Source of the DNA: Verrucomicrobiia bacterium
GTDB lineage: Bacteria > Verrucomicrobiota > Verrucomicrobiia > Limisphaerales > UBA1319
NCBI GenBank assembly: GCA_963664225.1
Contig: OY760937.1
Coordinates: 5,600,001-5,664,000, forward strand
DNA: 64,000 bases
Reading direction: 5' to 3'
Part shown: positions 10,025 to 18,320 of the stretch, piece by piece
Numbering within the stretch: position 1 is the stretch's first letter
Layout: every line of letters begins with the position of its first letter
Notes under the pieces: generated by a model
What the model saw: the letters and a program-made list of their open reading frames with translations, nothing else
Database searches by the model: none
Told to the model about the DNA's origin: nothing
Position numbers and translations under genes: made by a program

Positions 10025-10918
10025 TCACTTGCGCGGGGAGGGTCGGCGGGTGGTTGTTTTTGATTTTGCCATGCCACGCAGGATGGCGAGGTTTTCGATG
10101 TCTTCGTGGAGATCCGGGGATTTGGGCGTTTCCAGACATCCGGGTGTGTTTTTGAACAGGGGATCATTGACGATATGGCGAAAGGCCTCGCTGCCGATTT
10201 TGCCCTGGCCAATGCCCGCATGGCGGTCCACGCGGGAGTTTAAATCCACCTTGGAATCGTTCAGATGAATGGCCAAAATTTCTTTTACTCCCACGGTGTC
10301 ATCGGCTTCCTGGATGGTGTTGGACCATCCTTTCGGGGTGCGAATGTCGTAACCTGCGGCGAAAAGATGGGCGGTATCCAGGCAGATTGCCAGGCGGGCG
10401 GGGGTATCGGCTGTGTCGTAAATCCTTTGGAGGTGGGCGAAACGATATCCGACGCAGGTACCCTGGCCCGCGGTAATTTCAAGGGCAATGCGAACCGGGG
10501 AGGAATGCGTGGCGCGAATGACTTCGTTCAAGCCGCTGGCTATTTGTTGAAAACCGGCTTCTTCGCCCTGACCGAGGTGAGCGCCCGGATGCAGAACCAG
10601 AAATGGCAGTTTAAGAACCGTGGCGATCTCGATTTCCTGGATGAGGGATTGAATGGATTTGTCGCGATTGGGTGAGGGCGACGCGCCCAGATTGATCAGG
10701 TAACCTGTGTGACCAAATATGCAGGCGAAGGGATGCTTGATTTGGAATTGTAGAAAGCGATCAACAATAGACGGATCGGGCGATTTTCCGAGCCATTGCA
10801 TGTTGTTCTTGACGAAAATCTGGACCACATCGCAGCCTATTGCGGCACCGCGTTCCAGGGCTTTGTCAACACCACCAATGGTGGGCATGTGAGCGCCGAA
10901 CATCATATCAGCGTCCAC
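10025..10918 (-). CDS. nfo: Endonuclease IV (AP endonuclease family 2)
   Basis: GAHM, HTGYLINL, VLHPG, LEITAGQG, CLDTAHLFAAGYD, HLNDSK, DRHA, LETP. Start may be 10906. Confidence 0.95.
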   Translation of the reverse strand: MDADMMFGAHMPTIGGVDKALERGAAIGCDVVQIFVKNNMQWLGKSPDPSIVDRFLQFQIKHPFACIFGHTGYLINLGASPSPNRDKSIQSLIQEIEIATVLKLPFLVLHPGAHLGQGEEAGFQQIASGLNEVIRATHSSPVRIALEITAGQGTCVGYRFAHLQRIYDTADTPARLAICLDTAHLFAAGYDIRTPKGWSNTIQEADDTVGVKEILAIHLNDSKVDLNSRVDRHAGIGQGKIGSEAFRHIVNDPLFKNTPGCLETPKSPDLHEDIENLAILRGMAKSKTTTRRPSPRK

Positions 10919-10954
10919 TATTCCTCATCGATGCAGGTGCTTCAACTGGTATTA

Positions 10955-11118
10955 ACCCGAAATCCGAAATAGGAACGGCCCATCTGACGCAATCATTTGG
11001 CCATCCATGGTTTGAAACCGGCTGTGGAGTATTGATTTAATACACCTTCGCCGATTGCAAATCATGGCTGTCTCAAAGCATTGCATCATCTTGACCATTC
11101 TTATTTCGGATTTCGGGT
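10955..11118. mobile_element. 164-bp MITE-like element: whole-length imperfect palindrome with TIRs and a TA duplication
   Basis: ACCCGAAATCCGAAATA at 10955 is the exact reverse complement of 11102-11118, and the arms stay alignable to the centre. Flanked by TA at 10953-54 and, after removing intron 2, TA at 13094-95. Confidence 0.8.
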
Positions 11119-13093
11119 GTGCGCCAGTGAAATTGGTAGCCTCGTGGGTGAAAGTCCCGCCGGTCGAATTAGACGGTTCACGACCGAAATGCAGCGTCCG
11201 GGACGAGGCCGTGAGGCCGAACCACAAGCGGGACGCTGAAAGAACTGTCGGGTCGTAACGAAAGTAAACCTCATCAAATGAGCTCCGAAACCGAAATAAC
11301 CGGTAAGCCGAGCCGCTACCCGAACGGCGAAGGCAGAAACGCGGCGTCATCAAATCGTCAAATGGGCGCTGTTGATTCCGGCGGAGTCAGCGAGGGCGAC
11401 ACGACAGGAAGGGAAACCAAGGTAAGCTGGGAGATCTCTGGAGGCGGGGCGATAAAGCCTCAACCGCCGGTGCAAGGAGGAACACCCTCCGAGGCCGCAC
11501 GGGCAGCCAGAGAAGTCGGAGTCTTCCATAGTAGCGAAGAAGCTGGGGCGACCAAAACCCCGGCGGAGCCAAGGGAAGGCACTTGGATCGAAGCGAATCA
11601 AAACAGCGAGGGACAGGGAGATGGCCTTGAGGGAGTGGAAACACTTTTTCAACGGATAACAACCCCGATAAAAGTTCAAAAGCTGCAGCGAGCGCTATAT
11701 TGCAAAGCCAAGGCTGAGCCGAAGTATCGGTTTTACAGCCTCTACGGAGAACTGCTGCGGAAGGACGTGCTGGAAACGGCAATGGCCTCCGTGGCGCACA
11801 ACAATGGCGCGGCTGGGATCGACGGGCAGACATGCGACGTCTATCTTGCCAGCGACGAAGCCTGGGACCAATGGCGGAACCAACTGCTGGAGGAGTTACG
11901 CACGAAGAAGTATCGGCCAAGCCCGGTGAAGCGTGTGTATATACCAAAAGGAGACGGGAAGCTGCGACCCCTGGGCATCCCGACAGTGAAAGACCGGGTG
12001 GTGCAGACAGCGGTGGTGATTGTATTGCTGCCGATTCTGGAAGCCGATAGTCATCCGAACAGTTACGCCTATCATCCCAAACGCAATGCCCACCAAGCAA
12101 TGGAGGCGATCAAGAAGGCTACGCTGACAGGACGCGTCGAAGTTATAGACGCGGACTTAAGCGGGTATTTTGACAGCATTCCCCACAGGCGTTTGTTGCG
12201 CATAGTGGCCAAGCGGGTCAGCGATGGAACAATTCTCAAGCTGATCGCAGGATGGCTGCGCGCGCCCGTGAATGAACCGCAAAGCGACACAGGGAAAGGC
12301 GGGACAAAGGGGGGGCAAGGTCAGAATCGACGGGGGACTCCGCAAGGCGGGGTTGTATCGCCGATTTTAGCCAATGCATACCTCAACCAGTTGGATTGGG
12401 AAGTCAACGAACGCTGCGAACTCAAACCCGTGATGGTGAGATACGCGGATGATTTCGTGATACTCGGACAGCCGGGGCAGGGACGGGAACTGATGGAACG
12501 ACTGGAACGATGGCTGAAGCAACGCGAGTTAGTGCTCAACGAGAAGAAGACCCGCTTGGTGGACCTCCGCCAGGATGGCATCAAATTCTTGGGATTCGCG
12601 CTAACAATGCGACAGGGGAAGGGGAAATGGAAATATCCGCATGTGGAACCCCATCCCAAGAGCCAGAAGAAGTTTCGAGACGGGATTCGGGAGAAACTCA
12701 ACCGAAGCACGCTATGGCGTGATATCGGAGAGGTGATTCCCGAGCTCAACAAGAAACTCAAAGGTTGGAAGGGTTACTTTCACTACGGGAACAGCACCAA
12801 GGTGATGGGCCAGATGAACGAATACGTCAGCAGCAAGTTACAACGATGGTTGTGGCGCAAACACGGATGTAGTCGGGCGCAATGGTCCACATACCCCAAG
12901 GAGGATCTCTATGAGCGTTATGGTTTATACCAAATGCCGGAATATGCGGCATGGAAACGATGACGTCGAAGCGATGCAACGTATGATCCCCGGAGAGCCG
13001 GATGCGGGAAAACCGCCTGTCCGGTTCGATGAGGGGCGAAATGCGACGGTCATTGGCCACGGCCATTCAATCCGTCCATTTCGCCTACTCTAC
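11119..13093 (+). mobile_element. Group II intron 2 (RT-encoding, no endonuclease domain)
   Basis: 5' GTGCGCC at 11119; EBS1 loop ACCCGA at 11318-23; domain V GAGCCGGATGCGGGAAAACCGCCTGTCCGGTTCGATGAGGGG; domain VI with bulged A ending CTACTCTAC at 13093. Confidence 0.95.
11635..12963 (+). CDS. ltrA: Group II intron reverse transcriptase/maturase
   Basis: [48 protein letters not shown]. The ORF is open from 11278, but that part overlaps ribozyme structure; start near GTG 11635 is uncertain. Confidence 0.93.
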   Translation: METLFQRITTPIKVQKLQRALYCKAKAEPKYRFYSLYGELLRKDVLETAMASVAHNNGAAGIDGQTCDVYLASDEAWDQWRNQLLEELRTKKYRPSPVKRVYIPKGDGKLRPLGIPTVKDRVVQTAVVIVLLPILEADSHPNSYAYHPKRNAHQAMEAIKKATLTGRVEVIDADLSGYFDSIPHRRLLRIVAKRVSDGTILKLIAGWLRAPVNEPQSDTGKGGTKGGQGQNRRGTPQGGVVSPILANAYLNQLDWEVNERCELKPVMVRYADDFVILGQPGQGRELMERLERWLKQRELVLNEKKTRLVDLRQDGIKFLGFALTMRQGKGKWKYPHVEPHPKSQKKFRDGIREKLNRSTLWRDIGEVIPELNKKLKGWKGYFHYGNSTKVMGQMNEYVSSKLQRWLWRKHGCSRAQWSTYPKEDLYERYGLYQMPEYAAWKR

Positions 13094-14310
13094 TAAAGCA
13101 ATTCGGGGGTGTTCATCAAATCGGCAATGCGACTGAGCAGGCGTCCCGCTGCGCCGCCGTCAATGACACGGTGGTCGAAACTCAAGGTGAGATTCGCTTC
13201 CATGATGGGGACGAATTGGCCGGATTTTTCATCCCAGAAGGGTGATTTGCGTCCGGCTCCCAGTCCCAGCACGAGAGTTTGTTCGGGCAAGGGAATGGGG
13301 GTTGCCCACATCAGGCCAAAGGTGCCGAAATTGGTGACGGTGGCAATGGATCCGCCGGTGGCGCCCTGGGGCAACTGGCGTTTACGGGCGAGTTCAACCA
13401 TGTCGCTGTAAGGTTGGATCAGATCCTTGAGCAGGGTTTGATCGACGTTTCGAAACACGGGCACCAGAACTCCGTCCTCTGCTTCGACAGCAAAACCCAG
13501 GTCAATCGATGCGGGATGCATGATGCGTTTGCCGACCAACCGTCCTGCAGGGGCGCTGTTTTCGGCCAGGGCCAGGGCCAGAGCGCGCAACGCGTAGAGG
13601 GTTGGACCGGGTTTGGGATTGCAGGCCTTGCGATGCGCCAGCATGGGGTCCAGGCAGACCGGCAGGCCCACGGTTGCAATGGGGCGCGTCCAACTGCGGC
13701 GCATGGCGTCCGCTACCGCGACGCGCATGGTCGATGCAGGGCTGGTTTTGTTTTTTTCAAGGCCGGACAGAAATTTCTCAAAATCCTCAATGGTGACGCG
13801 GCCACCCGCGCCGCTTCCGGCCACCCCCGCCAAGTCAGCGGCATTCAGACCCAATTCCATGATGCGCGCCTTCATGCGCGGAGACATGTAACTCGCCCCG
13901 CGTGCATGGGCGGGCACGGGCAAGCCGTTGACGGTGGGTTCGACAATGTGTTGCGGCAGGCTGCCAGCGGGCGACCCGGGCAATGGGCCCTGGTTGTTTG
14001 AAGGAACAGATGTCGCAGAGGCATTTGCCGGCTGCTGGTCCAGGCCCAGTTTTGCGGCTTCCTCAATGCTGGCATCTAGATATCCCAACACAACGCCAAC
14101 GGGATAGCTTTGATCGATTTCCACCAACCAGCGGGCGATCGTGCCTGCGCAGGGGGCGGTGACGGTCATGGTAGCCTTATTGGTCTCCACTTCGAGGACA
14201 TCCTGACCGGAAGCGACCCATTCACCTGGTTTGACGAGAAGGTTGACGACCTTGGCCTCAGCGATGGATTCACCGAGTTGAGGCATGATAATGGGAACGG
14301 GAAGCGTCAT
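13093..14310 (-). CDS. 2-oxoacid dehydrogenase E2 (dihydrolipoamide acyltransferase)
   Basis: MPQLGESIAEA, lipoyl motif EVETNKA, E1/E3-binding GSGAGGRVT, catalytic FDHRVIDG. Confidence 0.92.
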   Translation of the reverse strand: MTLPVPIIMPQLGESIAEAKVVNLLVKPGEWVASGQDVLEVETNKATMTVTAPCAGTIARWLVEIDQSYPVGVVLGYLDASIEEAAKLGLDQQPANASATSVPSNNQGPLPGSPAGSLPQHIVEPTVNGLPVPAHARGASYMSPRMKARIMELGLNAADLAGVAGSGAGGRVTIEDFEKFLSGLEKNKTSPASTMRVAVADAMRRSWTRPIATVGLPVCLDPMLAHRKACNPKPGPTLYALRALALALAENSAPAGRLVGKRIMHPASIDLGFAVEAEDGVLVPVFRNVDQTLLKDLIQPYSDMVELARKRQLPQGATGGSIATVTNFGTFGLMWATPIPLPEQTLVLGLGAGRKSPFWDEKSGQFVPIMEANLTLSFDHRVIDGGAAGRLLSRIADLMNTPELL

Positions 14311-14326
14311 GGCGATTGAGATTGGT

Positions 14327-15292
14327 TTAGGTGCGCAACATTTGGCGTGCGGCGTCTGCGATGGCGCGCGCGGTCGGACGGTGAACCCCCCATAGATTGG
14401 GGTGATACGGTACGGGAGTATCCTTGGCGTTGAGGCGCTGTGGGGGGACATCGAGCAAGTCGAGTCCTTCCGTGGCCACGCGGGCGATCACCTCGGCGGT
14501 CACACCACCCCAAGGCCAGCTTTCACCCACGCACAAGAGACGACCCGTGCGGGCGACTGAGGCCATCACCGTATCGGTGTCCAAAGGTTTGATGGAACGC
14601 AAATCGACGATTTCGATCTGGTAGCCTTCCAAAGCCAGTTCCTCGGCGGCAGCCAGGGCCTCATGCACCATGGCGCTGTAGGCGACGATGGTCATGTCGC
14701 GTCCGGGAAGGGCCACGCGCGCCTTGCCCGCTGGCAGGGCGGTGGTCGGCAGCGCCTCGGCCTTCAGATGGTAATAAAGGAATTTATGTTCAAAAAAGAT
14801 CACAGGATCGTCAATCGCCACGGCTTCCAGGAGCATGCTATAGGCGTCCTCCACCGTTGCCGGGGTAAAGGCGATCAAGCCCGGATAATGCGCGTAGATT
14901 GCTTCCAGACTCTGACTATGAAATGGACCGCTGCCCGACGTGCCGCCCGAAGGCAGACGGATGGTAATGGGGCAGGGCACGCCCGTTCGCCAGAAGAGAG
15001 TGGAGGCCTGGTTGACAATCTGGTTGAGGCCCACTGTGGAAAAGTCCGCAAATTGGATTTCAATGATGGGACGCATGCCCTCGATGGCCGCGCCAACCGC
15101 CGAACCGATCATCGCATCTTCGCTAATTGGGGCGTCAATAACGCGTCCGGGAAATTGTTGAGCCAGATTCTTGGTGGCCTTGAAAGCGCCTCCAAAAGCG
15201 CCCACATCCTGGCCGTAAATATAAACGCGCGGATCATCCGCGAGGGCTTTGGCCTGCGCGGCGCGAATGGCATCCAAATAGGTGATACTCAT
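14327..15292 (-). CDS. 2-oxoacid dehydrogenase E1 beta subunit
   Basis: GQDVGAFGGAFKAT, DAPISE, EIQFADF, FHSQS, EHKFLY, DLRSIKPLD. Confidence 0.95.
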   Translation of the reverse strand: MSITYLDAIRAAQAKALADDPRVYIYGQDVGAFGGAFKATKNLAQQFPGRVIDAPISEDAMIGSAVGAAIEGMRPIIEIQFADFSTVGLNQIVNQASTLFWRTGVPCPITIRLPSGGTSGSGPFHSQSLEAIYAHYPGLIAFTPATVEDAYSMLLEAVAIDDPVIFFEHKFLYYHLKAEALPTTALPAGKARVALPGRDMTIVAYSAMVHEALAAAEELALEGYQIEIVDLRSIKPLDTDTVMASVARTGRLLCVGESWPWGGVTAEVIARVATEGLDLLDVPPQRLNAKDTPVPYHPNLWGVHRPTARAIADAARQMLRT

Positions 15293-16344
15293 GCGTTGGA
15301 TGCGTTGGATATGTTGGATATGGATGGTGTTTCACTCAGGCGTTGTGTGGCCAGAGCCTGCCAATTCTCCCCGTATGGGTCGGGAGTGGGTTCCCTTTGC
15401 ACCTGAGAGACGGCTTCCTCGACCTGCCTGATAAAATCCGAGCGTCCAGCGGCCAAGGTTGAGTGGGTCGCCCAGTTTTGGTTCAGCATGATATTTTCAG
15501 CCACTTCCAGACAATCGCGCCCCAAGGGGGATTCCTTGAGCTTGGGATCGATATAGCCTGCATCGTCATGCTCACCGTGTCCACAGAGGCGAAGAAGCGA
15601 GGCGACGACCATTTGGGGTCCCCGACCTGATCTTGCGTTTTCAATGGCTTCATGGAGTGTGACGAGGCAGGCGTGGAGATCGGTACCATCCACAACAAAA
15701 GATGTCATACCGTAACCCGCCGCGCGGTCTGCCAGAGAGTGACAGGCAAACTGACGCGATGTGGGAACGGAGTAAGCGTATTGATTGTCTGCAACCACCA
15801 CGACCAGAGGCAGTTTTTCAATGGAGGCCTGGTTCAACGCCTCATGAAAAGCGCCTGTGGAAGTCATGCCGTCTCCGGCGCTGGCAACTCCGACCATGCC
15901 AGACTGGCCTTTGAAGCGGCGGGCCATCAGCATCCCATTGACCACGGAGACCATGGCCCCCAAATGGCTAATCATGGGCAGCAAACCGGATTTCGGATTG
16001 CCGCGATGCACGTTCCCGTCACGGCCGCGCATGGGGCCAAGCGAAGATCCCATATAAGTGCGGACCGCATCGAGAATTGTTTCGCCGAAGGCCAGCCGAC
16101 CTGCGGCATCGCGAATTAAGGGTGCAAAAACGTCGCCTTTGCGCAAATTGACGCCGATTGCCGAGCTCAAGGCCTCCTGACCCCGTCCGAGAAAAACGCC
16201 GCCATGGATTTTGCCAGTCCGATAAAGGCTGGCAAACTTGTCATCCATAATGCGCGCCAGCAGCATCCAGCGATAGGCCTGCTCAAACAAGAGCTGGCTT
16301 TCAGGATCAATCCTTTGCGACTGGCTGTTTTCATTCCCAGACAT
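15289..16344 (-). CDS. 2-oxoacid dehydrogenase E1 alpha subunit
   Basis: GQEA, TPP motif GDG...FHEALN...DNQYAYS, RLCGHGEHDD. Confidence 0.93.
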   Translation of the reverse strand: MSGNENSQSQRIDPESQLLFEQAYRWMLLARIMDDKFASLYRTGKIHGGVFLGRGQEALSSAIGVNLRKGDVFAPLIRDAAGRLAFGETILDAVRTYMGSSLGPMRGRDGNVHRGNPKSGLLPMISHLGAMVSVVNGMLMARRFKGQSGMVGVASAGDGMTSTGAFHEALNQASIEKLPLVVVVADNQYAYSVPTSRQFACHSLADRAAGYGMTSFVVDGTDLHACLVTLHEAIENARSGRGPQMVVASLLRLCGHGEHDDAGYIDPKLKESPLGRDCLEVAENIMLNQNWATHSTLAAGRSDFIRQVEEAVSQVQREPTPDPYGENWQALATQRLSETPSISNISNASNA

Positions 16345-16410
16345 ACCCACTTATTTACATCCCAAGGGCTTCGTTGTGAATCGGTTTCTTTGACCGGTTC
16401 AGGATTATGG

Positions 16411-16698
16411 TCATTTTTTAGTGCGAATGACGACAGAACCTTCTTTCGCACGCGTTGAACAGGCCAGACGGAAGGTTTCCGGATCCTTGTTCCATTCGTC
16501 CAAGACTTCCAATTCCTGCGCGGTGGGCGGTTCCAAATGATCGCCACCGGACAGAATCTCGACCACGCAAGTGCCACAGAGGCCATTGAAGCACCCGGCC
16601 TCCATTTCCACGCCCGCCCGTTGGCCCGCTTTCAGCAGGGTTGTCCCGGGTTCCACCTCGATGGTTTTATTGGCAGGCATCACTGTAATCATGGGCAT
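16411..16698 (-). CDS. 2Fe-2S ferredoxin
   Basis: C-x4-C-x2-C (CFNGLCGTC) and RLAC. Confidence 0.9.
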   Translation of the reverse strand: MPMITVMPANKTIEVEPGTTLLKAGQRAGVEMEAGCFNGLCGTCVVEILSGGDHLEPPTAQELEVLDEWNKDPETFRLACSTRAKEGSVVIRTKK

Positions 16699-16982
16699 AG
16701 GTGAACACTTATATAAAGACCCTGAAAAACCAAAAAAGACCGTTTAAGGACGATCCATACGCGATGGAGATGCCACATGGTTTTGAGGGCACGCTCCCCA
16801 TATTCAACATGGCATTATTTTTGCCTCAAAGGCAGGCCGATTGCGAGCGATTTGTTTGATCGCCATGAATGGCATGCGCCTGCGTCAGATTCATTTAGGT
16901 TTTTATTGTATTTCAATCTTGGTTGCATTTTAATCACCGCGTCACCCGAGATGCTTTATTTGGAATAACTGTCTGAATTCTG

Positions 16983-18299
16983 ATGCCTATGAATACTGTG
17001 CAATGTGGTCGGCGGCAATTTTTGCGGAAATCAGCCAAGGCGGTTCTTGGCGCTGTGGCCATTCCAACCATCATCCCCGGTTCGGTACTGGGAATTAACG
17101 GCGCTGTGGCGCCAAGCAACCGAATCGTGATGGGCTTTATCGGGGTTGGGGGGCAGGGGACTCGGGGCATGGCCGGCGGTATTTGGGCACCGGAAGGCGG
17201 ATTTATCGGGCGCAAGGAAGTTCATGGAGTGGCCGTTTGTGATGTTAACGCGAACAACCGTAATAACGCGCGCGACATTATCAATCGCAAGAATGGCAAT
17301 AAAGACTGCTCGGTGTACGGAGATTTCAGGGAATTGCTGGCCCGCAAGGATATCGATGCGGTGTTGATCGCCACCGGGGATCGGTGGCATCCGCTGATCA
17401 GCATGGCCGCCGCCAAGGCCGGGAAGGATATCTATTCCGAGAAACCGATGTCAGTGACGATTCAGGAAGCCAAAGCCCTGAGAGAAACCATCAATCGTTA
17501 TGGCGTTGTCTATCAATTGGGCACGCAGCAGCGGTCCAGCTACAGCTTTCGATATGCATGCGAACTGGTGCGCAACGGACACATCGGAGACGTCAAAGAA
17601 GTGATTGTGGCGGTGGGCGGGACGCCTGGGATTCGTGTGCCCGCGCTTCCAGCGGAGCCTGTTCCCGATTATCTGGACTACGACATGTGGCTTGGGCCCA
17701 TTCCCTGGAGGCCGTACAACTCGCAATTCGTCGGTGGCTGGATGTCATTTCGGGACTGCTCCGGCGGTGAAATGACGAACTGGGGTGCGCATCATTTTGA
17801 CATCGCGCAATGGGGGCTTGGGATGGACGACAGCGGACCGGTGGAGATCATTCCGCCGGACGGCAAGGAGATTAAGACGATTACATACCGCTATGCCAAT
17901 GGGGCTGTCATGACGCGGGATCCCGAGCGGATGCGCCAGATCTGCGGCCAGGATAACGGCGTGGTCTTCATTGGCACCAAAGGGCAGGTGGCGGTATGGC
18001 GGTATGAATTGCGGACGTGGCCCGAGGGGCTGATCCGCCATAAAACCGGTCCCGGTGAAATTCATCTGCACGAGTGCGACAACCATCACACGGATTTTCT
18101 AAACTCTGTGCGGAATCGAACCAAACCTGGAAGCAATGTGAATATCGGATGCCGGTCCATCACCACGGCGCATTTGGGCAATATCGCCTACGAATTGGGG
18201 CGTCCGCTGAAATGGAATCCGGTCCGGGAGGAGTTTGAAAACGATGACGAGGCCAACCGGATGCAATTCCGGCAAATGCGCAGTCCCTGGCATTTATAA
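16983..18299 (+). CDS. Tat-exported Gfo/Idh/MocA oxidoreductase
   Basis: GRRQFLR twin-arginine signal, GFIGVGGQG, DIYSEKP, NWGAHHFD. Confidence 0.92.
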   Translation: MPMNTVQCGRRQFLRKSAKAVLGAVAIPTIIPGSVLGINGAVAPSNRIVMGFIGVGGQGTRGMAGGIWAPEGGFIGRKEVHGVAVCDVNANNRNNARDIINRKNGNKDCSVYGDFRELLARKDIDAVLIATGDRWHPLISMAAAKAGKDIYSEKPMSVTIQEAKALRETINRYGVVYQLGTQQRSSYSFRYACELVRNGHIGDVKEVIVAVGGTPGIRVPALPAEPVPDYLDYDMWLGPIPWRPYNSQFVGGWMSFRDCSGGEMTNWGAHHFDIAQWGLGMDDSGPVEIIPPDGKEIKTITYRYANGAVMTRDPERMRQICGQDNGVVFIGTKGQVAVWRYELRTWPEGLIRHKTGPGEIHLHECDNHHTDFLNSVRNRTKPGSNVNIGCRSITTAHLGNIAYELGRPLKWNPVREEFENDDEANRMQFRQMRSPWHL

Positions 18300-18320
18300 G
18301 AGAACCTTGGAGCCTGAATA

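Noticed and set aside
10952..11353. 133-aa minus-strand ORF over the MITE and intron start
   Set aside because: Spans the junction of two non-coding elements and has no transposase motif.
11278..11634. Apparent N-terminal extension of RT 2
   Set aside because: Overlaps the EBS1/EBS2 region and other ribozyme domains; probably a fortuitously open frame.
4262..12963. RTs as retron, DGR, CRISPR-associated or Abi defence RTs
   Set aside because: Both have group II domain V/VI directly downstream and maturase domains; no TR/VR pair, msr-msd or cas genes were seen.
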